NCBI GenBank assembly: GCA_964395655.1
Contig: CAYNBB010000004.1
Coordinates: forward strand, 2,392-66,391
Direction: 5' to 3'
Origin: an uncultured Azospirillaceae bacterium
GTDB taxonomy: Bacteria > Pseudomonadota > Alphaproteobacteria > RF32 > CAG-239
DNA length: 64,000 bases
Below, in pieces: positions 1 through 10,166 of the stretch (positions are counted from its first letter, which is position 1; each line of letters begins with the position of its first letter). The notes beneath the pieces are model-generated. The model did not search any database and had not been told where the DNA came from. It saw only the letters and a program-made list of their open reading frames with translations. Position numbers and translations under genes: made by a program.

Positions 1-91
1 ATTTAGTGCAGAAAAAATACATTTTTTTACAGACAGAATAAAAACCGCTTGTGTTTGGCCAGCCGCCGCTGTAAACGTCGGAGCCGGTATT

Positions 92-126
92 AAAAAAGGA
101 GTTCGTTTTCCAAACTCCTTTTTTGC
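92..126 (-). terminator. Stem-loop (AGGAGTT..AACTCCT) flanked by A-run and T-run, just downstream of the PfkB-family gene
   Basis: Inverted repeat aggagtt / aactcct with a ~9-nt loop. It has a T-run on either strand, so it could act in both directions. Confidence 0.5.
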
Positions 127-130
127 GTTT

Positions 131-1162
131 TCAGGCTTTTTTGCCGTAAGACAATAATTTATTGCGTACAAAGCCTCGCAGGCTGACTTCCGGTCTGGCA
201 CCATAATGCGAAATGATTTCGGCGGCGGCAATCGAGCCGATCATGGCACAGGTGCCGAGGCTGCGTTCCTGTGTCATGCCATAGAGGAAACCGGCTGCAT
301 ACAAATCGCCGGCGCCGGTGGTGTCGACAACTTCGTCTGCAGGGAGTTTTTCCGCTTCAACGAAAGTTTTGGTACGGCCGTTTACAACAACGGAGCCTTT
401 TTGACCGCGAGTGATGGCAGCAATTTCAACCAGAGGTTTTATTTTGTCAAGACTTTCGTAAAAATCGCTTTCGCAGAACAGCGCTTTTATTTCGTCTTCG
501 TTGGCAAACAGGACGTCAACATCTTCGGTAATAAACGCAAGAATATTATCGCGGTTACGTTCGATACAGGTGGTGTCCGACAAGGTGAAAGCAATTTTGC
601 GGCCGTATTTATGCGCGATTTTGCAGGCTTTGACCAGAGCTTCGCGGCAGCATTCGGTATCCCACAAATAGCCTTCAATATAAGTGATTTTGCCGGCTTT
701 GATGATGTTTTCGTCAATGTCTTCTTCTGTCAGATGGACGGCGGCGCCGAGATAGGTAAACATTGAACGTTGCGCGTCAGGAGTGACCAAAACGATGCTG
801 CGGCCGGTGACAGGGCCTTCCGTCAGCGGAGGCGTAAAGAAGTCGACTCCGGCCGCGCCGATGTCACGCGTAAATTCCTGTCCGAGTTCGTCATCGTGAA
901 TTTTGCCGATAAAAGCCGGAGCGCCGCCCAAAGAGGCCAGGCCGGCGACGGTATTGGCAGCCGAACCGCCGGGAACTTCCCGTTCCGGGATTAAGTCCGC
1001 ATAGATTTTCCCGGCGTCAGCCGCGTCGAGCAGGGTCATGCAGCCTTTGGACAGGTTTCGTTCTTTCAAAAAGCCGTCGCCGACCTTGGCCAGAACGTCG
1101 ACAATCGCGTTGCCGATGCCGACAACGTCGTAGTAAGTTGTTTCCTGTACTCTGTTAATCAT
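131..1162 (-). CDS. PfkB-family sugar/nucleoside kinase (adenosine-kinase-like)
   Basis: 343-aa ORF. It has N-terminal GIGNAIVD and the C-terminal DTTGAGDLYAAGFLYG ribokinase/PfkB signature. ATG start preceded by GAGGA. Confidence 0.8.
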   Translation of the reverse strand: MINRVQETTYYDVVGIGNAIVDVLAKVGDGFLKERNLSKGCMTLLDAADAGKIYADLIPEREVPGGSAANTVAGLASLGGAPAFIGKIHDDELGQEFTRDIGAAGVDFFTPPLTEGPVTGRSIVLVTPDAQRSMFTYLGAAVHLTEEDIDENIIKAGKITYIEGYLWDTECCREALVKACKIAHKYGRKIAFTLSDTTCIERNRDNILAFITEDVDVLFANEDEIKALFCESDFYESLDKIKPLVEIAAITRGQKGSVVVNGRTKTFVEAEKLPADEVVDTTGAGDLYAAGFLYGMTQERSLGTCAMIGSIAAAEIISHYGARPEVSLRGFVRNKLLSYGKKA

Positions 1163-1236
1163 TTGTGTTCCTCGGATAATTGCTTGCCATAAGTATTGCC
1201 GTCTAATTTAATTCATAAAAAGAATAAGTGCAATCA

Positions 1237-1266
1237 TTAAAAAAGGCCTCTTTAACAAGAGGCCTT
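1237..1266 (-). terminator. Rho-independent terminator after the ferredoxin gene
   Basis: On the minus strand, aaggcctctt-gtta-aagaggcctt (10-bp stem) is followed by TTTTT. It lies 20 nt after the fdx stop. Confidence 0.65.
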
Positions 1267-1286
1267 CAGAATCTTTCGATACGAAA

Positions 1287-1526
1287 TTATTCGTTAGCGT
1301 TCGGCCAGTTTTTGGCGTTTTCGGCGTTGAATTTGATCCATTTTTCGTCAGCTTCGTCTTCAGTGGTGATCGCTTCCTGAGGACATTCGGAAATGCATAC
1401 GCCGCATTCGATGCAGGTATCGGGATCAATAACCAATTGAGTGTCACCTTCGTGGAAAGCGTCAACCGGGCAAACATCGGCGCAGGATTTACATTTAACG
1501 CAAGCGTCATTAACAACAGAGACCAT
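1287..1526 (-). CDS. 2x[4Fe-4S] ferredoxin (79 aa)
   Basis: Two CxxCxxCxxxCP motifs (CVKCKSCADVCP and CIECGVCISECP). ATG start with GGAG RBS. Confidence 0.9.
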   Translation of the reverse strand: MVSVVNDACVKCKSCADVCPVDAFHEGDTQLVIDPDTCIECGVCISECPQEAITTEDEADEKWIKFNAENAKNWPNANE

Positions 1527-1600
1527 ATTTATAACTCCAAAATTTGTTAGTGAAAAATCTTCTTTAATTTAGCCGGTTTCTTAAATAAATCAAGCATAAT

Positions 1601-1633
1601 CTTGCAAAAGGCCAAAATAATCTCTAAATAAGC
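1601..1633 (+). promoter_or_regulatory. Candidate heat-shock (RpoH-type) promoter of htpG: CTTGCAA-N16-CTAAATAAGCA
   Basis: The same CTTGnnA-N16-CTAA(A/C)TAAGCA block, at the same spacing, precedes groES at 6974..6942 on the minus strand. It lies about 36 nt before the htpG ATG. Confidence 0.4.
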
Positions 1634-1665
1634 ATTAATGAAAAAGTTTTAGACGGAGAAGTAAA

Positions 1666-3501
1666 ATGTCAGACAAGATGTCTTTTCAGGCCGATGTCAG
1701 CAAAATGCTCGATATTGTGGTCAATTCCCTTTATTCGGAAAAACAGATTTTTTTGCGCGAATTGATTTCAAACGCGTCGGATGCCTGCGACAAGCTTAAA
1801 TATCTGGCACTGACCAATCCCGGCATTGCCAAGGGAGCCGGTCAGTTTAAGATCAAAATTACGCCGGATGCAAAGACGAATACCCTGACGGTGTCGGATA
1901 ACGGTATCGGTATGAATAAGGAAGATTTGATTAAGCATCTCGGCACAATTGCCAAATCCGGTACGGCCGAATTTGTTAAAAATGTTGCCGACAACGGCAG
2001 CGTCTGCGATTTGATCGGGCAGTTCGGTGTCGGTTTTTATTCGGCTTTTATGGTGGCTGACAAGGTTGAAATTATTACCCGCCGTGCCGGTGAAGAAAAA
2101 GCCTGGAAATGGGTGTCCGACGGTTGCGACGGTTTTGAAATAAGCGAGGCCGAGCGCAGTGTCAACGGGACTGACATTAAGCTGTTTCTGAAAAAAGACG
2201 ACGGCAATTACACTGATACGATTTATCTGCGCCATATTATCCGCATTTATTCCGACCATGTCGAGTATCCGATTGTGCTCGAACTCGGCGAAGCCGGTGA
2301 AGAGACGGTTAATACCGCTTCGGCTTTGTGGACGCGTCATAAATCGGAAATTACCGAAGATCAGTATAAAGACTTTTATCATCATGTTTCCAAAAATTTT
2401 GACGATCCGTGGCTGACGCTGCATTTTAAGGCTGAGGGTAACATTGAATATACCGGTCTGCTGTATGTGCCGTCGACGGCGCCGTATGATCTGTTTCAGC
2501 CGGACAAGAAAAACGGACTTAAGCTTTATGTCAACAAGGTGTTTATCAGCGATAAGGTAGAGGAGCTGATGCCCAATTACCTGCGTTTTGTGCGCGGCGT
2601 GATTGATTCGGCAGATTTGCTGCTTAATATTTCTCGCGAAATGCTTCAACACAGCGCACTGATCGAAAAAATAAAGCAGGGTACGGTTTCTCGGTTGTTG
2701 AAGGAGCTGAAAAAACGTGCCAAAAATTATGAAGATTATATGATTTTCTGGAAAAATTTCGGTATTGTTCTGAAAGAAGGCATTTACGAGGATTTTTCCA
2801 ATCGCGAGGAAATTGCCGGTTTAAGTTATTTTTATTCGACCGCGGACAAGGAAAAACTCACCGGTTTGGACGATTATATCGCGCGTGCAAAAGACGGACA
2901 AAAAACAATTTATTACATTACCGGCGACAATATTGACGTTTTGCGCAATAATCCGCAGCTTGAAGCTTTTGCCGAGAAGGGTCTGGAAGTTTTGCTGATG
3001 AACGAGCCGATTGACGAATTTTGGCCGCAAGTGCTGCCTAACTACAAAGGGTTTGCAATAAAGCATATTGCCCAGGCCGAGGATATGAGTTTTGAGCGCA
3101 AAGAAGCCAAAGCCGACGAAGGCAGTCTCAAAAAACTGACGGAACTGATGAGCGGTTGGTTTAAGGATGAAGTCGGCAGGGTCGAAACAACCGAAAAACT
3201 GACCAAATCTCCGGTCAGTCTGAAAGTGGAAGACGGACAAATGAGCCTGCATCTGGAGCGTCTGATGCGTAATCATCAGCAGCAGACGGCGTTTGCCAGC
3301 ACGAGAATATTGGAACTCAATCCGTATCATCCGCTGATTATCAAGCTGGCTGATTTGACTGCGGATGAGAGCAAAAAGGCCGAAGTCGAGGATATTGCGC
3401 GGCTGTTGCTGGACGAAGCCAAGATCGCGGAAGGCGAAGCGGTTTCCAATCCGTCGCGGTTTAACGAAAAACTCAGTGAATATATCTTAAAGGCGATTTA
3501 G
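1666..3501 (+). CDS. htpG: Molecular chaperone HtpG (Hsp90)
   Basis: 611 aa. The N-terminal GHKL ATPase motifs read LRELISNASDACDKL, SDNGIGM and GQFGVGFYSAFMVA. The length and C-terminal region are typical of HtpG. Confidence 0.97.
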   Translation: MSDKMSFQADVSKMLDIVVNSLYSEKQIFLRELISNASDACDKLKYLALTNPGIAKGAGQFKIKITPDAKTNTLTVSDNGIGMNKEDLIKHLGTIAKSGTAEFVKNVADNGSVCDLIGQFGVGFYSAFMVADKVEIITRRAGEEKAWKWVSDGCDGFEISEAERSVNGTDIKLFLKKDDGNYTDTIYLRHIIRIYSDHVEYPIVLELGEAGEETVNTASALWTRHKSEITEDQYKDFYHHVSKNFDDPWLTLHFKAEGNIEYTGLLYVPSTAPYDLFQPDKKNGLKLYVNKVFISDKVEELMPNYLRFVRGVIDSADLLLNISREMLQHSALIEKIKQGTVSRLLKELKKRAKNYEDYMIFWKNFGIVLKEGIYEDFSNREEIAGLSYFYSTADKEKLTGLDDYIARAKDGQKTIYYITGDNIDVLRNNPQLEAFAEKGLEVLLMNEPIDEFWPQVLPNYKGFAIKHIAQAEDMSFERKEAKADEGSLKKLTELMSGWFKDEVGRVETTEKLTKSPVSLKVEDGQMSLHLERLMRNHQQQTAFASTRILELNPYHPLIIKLADLTADESKKAEVEDIARLLLDEAKIAEGEAVSNPSRFNEKLSEYILKAI

Positions 3502-3513
3502 CCGGATGATCCG

Positions 3514-3540
3514 GGCTCCTCATCAGAGGAGCCTTTCATT
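3514..3540 (+). terminator. Stem-loop after htpG (ggctcctc-atca-gaggagcc) with a weak T-tract
   Basis: 8-bp GC-rich stem 12 nt after the htpG stop, followed by TTTCATT. It overlaps the stop of the convergent ASCH gene. Confidence 0.4.
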
Positions 3541-3913
3541 CTCTTTCAATTTCGGAACGATATTTGAGATTGATTTTTTCAAATTGCGGTTTGATAAAAA
3601 AGGCAACGGCATTGAGTTCCCGTTGCGCTTCCTGAGGATAAATACGGGCGAGGCGAAGCATGACTTCTTCTTTGTTGTCATAGCCGAGCGCCTGGTATCC
3701 CAGAGCGTTGATCAAGTCGTCAAAATTGTCAAATATGGCGATGCCGGTTACTTCGCAACATATTTTTTCCGATGTTGACGAGTTGCACATCTCAATAATG
3801 TCGTGCAGTTTTATTTGTTGAGCTTTTTTATCAAGCAAATGAACGCCTATTTTGCGTGAACCGTTTTTGATTTTGTTAAAAGAAAATTCGTGAACAGGAA
3901 TGCTGTATTTCAT
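3536..3913 (-). CDS. ASCH-domain protein
   Basis: The pattern FNKIKNGSRKIGVHLLDKKAQQIKLHDIIE...GIAIF..F..L resembles small stand-alone ASCH (PF04266-like) proteins. I prefer the ATG at 3913 (AGAGG RBS 5 nt upstream) over the GTG at 3919 in the ORF track. Confidence 0.65.
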   Translation of the reverse strand: MKYSIPVHEFSFNKIKNGSRKIGVHLLDKKAQQIKLHDIIEMCNSSTSEKICCEVTGIAIFDNFDDLINALGYQALGYDNKEEVMLRLARIYPQEAQRELNAVAFFIKPQFEKINLKYRSEIERE

Positions 3914-3937
3914 AGACACCTCTTTTTTTATATCGGC

Positions 3938-3965
3938 ATTATAGCAGAGGGAGGATAAATGTCCA
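3938..3965 (-). promoter_or_regulatory. Candidate sigma-70 promoter of the ASCH gene (TGGACA-16-TATAAT)
   Basis: The minus strand reads TGGACA, 16 nt, TATAAT. The -10 element ends about 18 nt before the RBS. Confidence 0.45.
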
Positions 3966-4147
3966 TGAGGTAAAATAGAAATTTATTTTAGCGGGCTCGG
4001 GATTGTGCGCGCGCTTCGCACAGCGCATCTTTCGGTTTCCTCAAGACCTCGTCGCAAGCTCCTCGTCTAACTTCGCAACACCAGAGCGTTGCTCGTTATT
4101 CGGCCCCTCTTCTCGGGTTCCAACCCGCCGCACGGTTCCAATTTAAT

Positions 4148-4176
4148 AAAAAAGCCACCATAAAGGTGGCTTTTTT
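4148..4176 (-). terminator. Bidirectional rho-independent terminator following tRNA-Gly
   Basis: aaaaaagccacc-ataaa-ggtggctttttt: a 6-bp GC stem with an A-run and a T-run on both sides. It lies 8 nt after the tRNA 3' end. Confidence 0.7.
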
Positions 4177-4183
4177 ATTAAAT

Positions 4184-4258
4184 TGGAGCGGGCGAAGGGA
4201 TTCGGACCCTCGACATCAACCTTGGCAAGGTTGCGCTCTACCCCTGAGCTACGCCCGC
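4184..4258 (-). tRNA. tRNA-Gly (anticodon GCC), CCA encoded
   Basis: The reverse complement is GCGGGCGTAGCTCAGGGGTAGAGCGCAACCTTGCCAAGGTTGATGTCGAGGGTCCGAATCCCTTCGCCCGCTCCA. It folds by hand into a cloverleaf with anticodon loop TTGCCAA. Confidence 0.95.
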
Positions 4259-4290
4259 ATTGTCGGAACGAGATACTTAATAGCATAGTC

Positions 4291-4317
4291 AAAAAAAAAT
4301 GCAAGCACTTTTTTGCA
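4291..4317 (-). terminator. Weak terminator after the TM2-domain gene
   Basis: On the minus strand, tgcaa-aaaagtgc-ttgca is followed by T9. The stem is only 5 bp. Confidence 0.4.
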
Positions 4318-4333
4318 GTTTTTTTATTTTTTC

Positions 4334-4819
4334 TTATTCCGTTTCCATTAACTCCGCCGGCGTTACCAATGTTTCCGGCATTGTGATATTGACTTCTTCG
4401 GTTATCAAGGTGCTGCCGGTCAGGATAATTCCGAAAACAACGACGGCAAGAATTCTCAGAAGAATAATAATTTTACGGTTTCCGGCAAAGGGAATATGGT
4501 GCGCACCGTTGTTGACGAATAAAATGTCGCCAAATGCCCAAACGGCCGTAATCAACAGCGGAATATACAAAAACCACGGGGCAATGACGGTCAGAGTTAA
4601 TTGTGTGATTGCACGTCCCCAATAACCGGCATAAAAGTTGTGTAATCCCAGTGTGCCGAGAAACCAGCCGAGCAGGATGTAGACAATACCGTTTTTTGCA
4701 TAAGTCGGATCTTCGCGTTTGAGAAGTCGGTCGGCCAGGCGTTTTTTTTCGTCAACATATTCTTCTTCGGTAATGTATCCGTTGTCTTTGAGCTGTTTGA
4801 GTCTTTCGGCGTCCAGCAT
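4334..4819 (-). CDS. TM2-domain membrane protein with an N-terminal SHOCT-like segment
   Basis: LKQLKDNGYITEEEYVDEKKRLADRLL resembles the SHOCT motif. GWFLGTLGLHNFYAGYWGRAITQL plus further hydrophobic helices resemble a TM2 domain. Confidence 0.7.
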   Translation of the reverse strand: MLDAERLKQLKDNGYITEEEYVDEKKRLADRLLKREDPTYAKNGIVYILLGWFLGTLGLHNFYAGYWGRAITQLTLTVIAPWFLYIPLLITAVWAFGDILFVNNGAHHIPFAGNRKIIILLRILAVVVFGIILTGSTLITEEVNITMPETLVTPAELMETE

Positions 4820-4901
4820 GATGTTTCTCCCGATTAATGTTTCTTCTAATATAATTGTTGTTTGTTTTTTTCCAAGCAGAAAAGAAAGTCATTAGCCAAA
4901 C

Positions 4902-4933
4902 AAAAAAAACTCTGCCGAACGGCAGAGTTTTTT
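4902..4933 (-). terminator. Rho-independent terminator after groEL
   Basis: ctctgcc-gaac-ggcagag, flanked by A8 on the plus strand (T8 on the minus strand). It lies about 20 nt after the groEL stop. Confidence 0.7.
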
Positions 4934-4952
4934 CTGATTGACTTTCAGGAGG

Positions 4953-6916
<1,964 letters not shown>

Positions 6917-6941
6917 TTGGTTATAGTATTTTTATCTATTT

Positions 6942-6974
6942 GCTTAGTTAGTTATTCAAATCGGCGATGTCAAG
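6942..6974 (-). promoter_or_regulatory. Candidate heat-shock (RpoH-type) promoter of groES-groEL: CTTGACA-N16-CTAACTAAGCA
   Basis: The minus strand carries the same block as the htpG upstream region, with 19 nt between CTTG and CTAA in both. The -10-like element ends about 29 nt before the groES ATG. Confidence 0.4.
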
Positions 6975-7004
6975 CCGCGACGGATTATTTTTGAAAAAAA
7001 TATG

Positions 7005-7066
7005 AAAAAAGCTCTCAAGTCGAATTGTCCTCCTGAATTTCGGACAGTTCAAAAAGAGAGCTTTTT
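7005..7066 (-). terminator. Compound stem-loop after the ion-channel gene
   Basis: An outer stem aaaaagctctc / gagagcttttt encloses an inner hairpin ttgtcc..ggacag. T6 follows on the minus strand. Confidence 0.5.
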
Positions 7067-7076
7067 GAGGGAAAGG

Positions 7077-7844
7077 TTATTTCCGCATGTCCATGATTTG
7101 CAGAATCGCGCTGGCGATAAAGCTGACCACCAGCAGGAACGAGAAAACAATTACGGTGCCGAAGAACAGCCACGAATGCGGGAAAACCAGCATGACCGGA
7201 CGGGCAATGGCAGAAGCCCAGCCGTCCAGCGTGAAAACCTGAAGCAACGTGAACATTGATGAACCGAGATCGGCAAAACTTCCAAAAACGTCGCCGTAGA
7301 GGCTCATGGCAATGAGGGCAAAGACATAGAAAAAGACGGCGAAAATTCCTAAAAATGCCGCAAAAGTAGGCAACAGGGCGATGAATACCTCAACAATGCC
7401 GTGCATTTTTGAAAAGCGGTGAATATATTTGAGCAAACGGAACAGACGGAAAGTTCTCAGCACAATAAAGGCGCTGGCTGCCGGGATTGACGAGACGGCA
7501 ACGATGACAAGGTCAAAAACGTTCCAGCCTGAAGTGAAAAAGTTTTTTTTGAGCGCATAAATCTTGAGAAACATTTCGACAATGAAAATGCCCATAAACA
7601 AACGATCGAGCAAAAACAAACCGTTGGAGAAATAAAAACCTGCGGTGCCGGATGTCAAGAAACCGATAATGACGGCATCAAGCAGAATGATGCTCATGAT
7701 AAATATGTCAAAGTTAAAACCGGTAACCAGTTTGGCGAGACGGCGTCGGTCGTCTTTGTAATAAAGTCTGTTGCGAATGTTTTTGGTCAGTTTTTCGAGT
7801 TTGGAAGATGCCGGGGCGGATTTTGTTTTGGATTTTGCGACCAT
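7077..7844 (-). CDS. Voltage-gated ion channel, single 6-TM domain, BacNav/NaChBac family
   Basis: 255 aa. The S4 segment is VLRTFRLFRLLKYIHRF, with R/K at every third position. The pore is LLQVFTLDGWASAIARPVM, compared with the NaChBac-type FQVxTLESWAS. Six hydrophobic segments are visible. Confidence 0.8.
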   Translation of the reverse strand: MVAKSKTKSAPASSKLEKLTKNIRNRLYYKDDRRRLAKLVTGFNFDIFIMSIILLDAVIIGFLTSGTAGFYFSNGLFLLDRLFMGIFIVEMFLKIYALKKNFFTSGWNVFDLVIVAVSSIPAASAFIVLRTFRLFRLLKYIHRFSKMHGIVEVFIALLPTFAAFLGIFAVFFYVFALIAMSLYGDVFGSFADLGSSMFTLLQVFTLDGWASAIARPVMLVFPHSWLFFGTVIVFSFLLVVSFIASAILQIMDMRK

Positions 7845-7884
7845 GATCTTGTCCTTTTGATTGAAAAGTTTAGATTATTGTAGC

Positions 7885-8547
7885 TCAAAAAAAGCAGATT
7901 GCAATAATTATTGCGGAAAAAGCCAGCGCCGGTCCGAAAGCGGCGGCTTGACGCCGTCGCAGAAGCAAGATTGCCAGCTGGCCGAGCGAGGCGAGGAGAA
8001 CGGTATAAAGAAGGAGTTCCAAGCCCATCCAGGCGCCGATTGCAGCCAGAAGTTTGATGTCTCCGCCGCCAAAGGCGTCACGATTTTTCCAGACCAAAAA
8101 CAAAGCGGCCAGCGAAGGCAGAAAGTAGCCGGCAGCCGCGCCGAGAGCACTGTCGGGCGCAATGGTAAAGCCACAGTTCCAGGCGGCGGCAAAAAAGCCG
8201 AGAATCAACAGCGGTACGGTCAAAATATCCGGCAACAGAAATGTCCGCAGGTCAATTTCGGAAAGGAGCAGAAGGATCCAAAGAAAAGTTAATTTCCACC
8301 AGAGGTTCTCGGTACCGAAGCAATGCAGAAAAAGATAACTCAGGGTCGCGGTGAGCAGAGCACTCATCAGGGAGCGAAGCAGATAAGACCTGTAGAGCGG
8401 CGATTTCAGAATTTTTTTTGCGTTGACGGAGGGTTTGACAATTTGCCATAAGGCAAAGGCGAAAGATGCCGGCATAAATTTGGCGAAACGGCGTGCCGTG
8501 TACGGAACAAACAGGCCGAAAACAAAAGCGCTCAAAACGTAAATCAT
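7885..8547 (-). CDS. A24-family prepilin (type IV leader) peptidase
   Basis: 220 aa and polytopic. Contains LSEIDLRTFLLPD and the GGGDIKLLAAIGAWMG Asp motifs. Strong AAGGAG RBS. Confidence 0.8.
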   Translation of the reverse strand: MIYVLSAFVFGLFVPYTARRFAKFMPASFAFALWQIVKPSVNAKKILKSPLYRSYLLRSLMSALLTATLSYLFLHCFGTENLWWKLTFLWILLLLSEIDLRTFLLPDILTVPLLILGFFAAAWNCGFTIAPDSALGAAAGYFLPSLAALFLVWKNRDAFGGGDIKLLAAIGAWMGLELLLYTVLLASLGQLAILLLRRRQAAAFGPALAFSAIIIAICFF

Positions 8548-8679
8548 GAATTTCTCCTTTGGTGGTCGGAAACAAGATTAGACGATTTTGATTAATAAAT
8601 TAATAATCCTAACCTTTTTTAAGTAATTGGCAGGGCATAATCAAAAACAGTAGAATTTTAATCTGAGGGAATCGACGGA

Positions 8680-9567
8680 ATGAAAAAGATTTTGGCTTTT
8701 GATATCGGCGGCACCAAAATTGCCTATGCCGTGACGGACGAAAACGGAAATTTTGCCAATGATGTGGTGAAGGTTACGACGCCCAAAACGTCGGAGGGAA
8801 TTTACGAATTTTTTAAGACGGTGATTAAGGGGCTGGAAGATGAGGTCGACGGTATTTCGATTGCTACCGCAGGCGCGGTCAATAATGAAAATACGCGCAT
8901 TATCAGCCATGTCGGAAATCTGCCCGACGGATATAACGAACTCGATTTTATGTCTTTGACGCATAAACCGCTGCTGTTGGAAAACGACGCCAATTCGGCG
9001 GCCTGGGCCGAATATAGGCTCGGTGCCGCCAAAGGAACAAAGCATGCGGTGATTTTAACACTCGGTACCGGCGTCGGTTCGGGAATTATTGTCGACGGCA
9101 GACTGCTTAAGGGAAAATCCGGCGCCGCCGGAGAAATGCATGTTCGGTTTGATTCCGGCGAACACCGAAAGTGTACCTGCGGTTTGTGGGATTGTCTGGA
9201 GACTTATGTTTCCGGCAATGCTCTGACGACGGATGCCAGGCTTTACATGGGAGAAGGCATGACGAGTTATGACGTCGTTCGCGGATTGAAAAACGGAGAG
9301 CCGAAGGCGCGCGAGGCTTTTGACCACTGGCAGTCATGTCTGGAAAACACTTTGGTGTTGATGGGCAACATTTTTGATCCGGAAGTGATTGTGCTTTCCG
9401 GTTCAATGGCGCAGTTTGTCGAGTATGAAAAAATCAACAGACAGGCAAATCATGATATTTTGACGCAGCCGTTTAAATTGAAACAGGCAGCGTTTGAAAA
9501 CAATGCCGGTATGATCGGCGCGGCTCTGTTGCTGGCCGACCGTTTACGGCAGGAAGAACGTTCATGA
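8680..9567 (+). CDS. ROK-family sugar kinase
   Basis: 295 aa. Has the DIGGTKIAYAV ATP-binding start and the ROK Cys motif CTCGLWDCLETYVSG. Confidence 0.85.
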   Translation: MKKILAFDIGGTKIAYAVTDENGNFANDVVKVTTPKTSEGIYEFFKTVIKGLEDEVDGISIATAGAVNNENTRIISHVGNLPDGYNELDFMSLTHKPLLLENDANSAAWAEYRLGAAKGTKHAVILTLGTGVGSGIIVDGRLLKGKSGAAGEMHVRFDSGEHRKCTCGLWDCLETYVSGNALTTDARLYMGEGMTSYDVVRGLKNGEPKAREAFDHWQSCLENTLVLMGNIFDPEVIVLSGSMAQFVEYEKINRQANHDILTQPFKLKQAAFENNAGMIGAALLLADRLRQEERS

Positions 9568-10166
9568 TGGATGCGATAGTATGTCTGTTGCTGCTTTTGG
9601 GGATTTCAGCCTGTGTGGCCGAAGTTTATTTCGTGGCGGCGTATGCGCGTTCGGGTTTTGGGGAATATCCGCCGTTCTTTCCGTCTTTCGGCAGGATGAA
9701 AAAGACATGTCTGAATGAAGCGCGCAAAATTTTGCGGCAGGCGGAGAAGCCGTTGAAGGTGACGGATTTGGGATGCGGCAGCGGCAGTCTTCTGATCCCG
9801 TTGGCCAAAGAGTTTCCGCAGCATGAGTTTATCGGTTACGACTGGGATGTCGTTCCTTATGCGTTTGCTTCGCTGCGGGCAAGGCATTTGTCAAATGTGC
9901 GGTTGTATTGTGCGGATTTTACAAAAGCTGATTTAAAAACGGCAGATTTGGTGCTGATATTCGGCGGCAAGAAACTGTTTGCCGAATGGGGAGAGCGCTT
10001 TGTTCTCGGTTTGAAAAACGGTGCTGCGGTTATCTCGGAGGCTTTTCCGATTATGCAGTTGGAAGCGGAGAAAGAAATCGCAACACCGTCATACGGAATG
10101 CCGTTGAAAGTGTATACTTATCGAATAGATAAAAAAACGCTTGCAAAACGAAAAGAAAAACTTTAA
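9564..10166 (+). CDS. Class I SAM-dependent methyltransferase with an N-terminal hydrophobic segment
   Basis: 200 aa. Motif I reads VTDLGCGSGSLLIPLA. The ATGA overlap with the ROK gene suggests translational coupling. Confidence 0.7.
   Translation: MMDAIVCLLLLLGISACVAEVYFVAAYARSGFGEYPPFFPSFGRMKKTCLNEARKILRQAEKPLKVTDLGCGSGSLLIPLAKEFPQHEFIGYDWDVVPYAFASLRARHLSNVRLYCADFTKADLKTADLVLIFGGKKLFAEWGERFVLGLKNGAAVISEAFPIMQLEAEKEIATPSYGMPLKVYTYRIDKKTLAKRKEKL

Noticed and set aside
4100-4135. tRNA-like T-arm (CGGGTTCCAACCCG) suggesting an additional tRNA or tmRNA piece
   Set aside because: The loop is 6 nt rather than the canonical 7-nt TTCGAAT type. No matching acceptor, D or anticodon arms could be folded. 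I kept it only as part of the GC-rich block finding.
6917-7076. Looked for a CIRCE element (TTAGCACTC-N9-GAGTGCTAA) upstream of groES
   Set aside because: No match on either strand. The shared CTTG...CTAAnTAAGCA block is reported instead.
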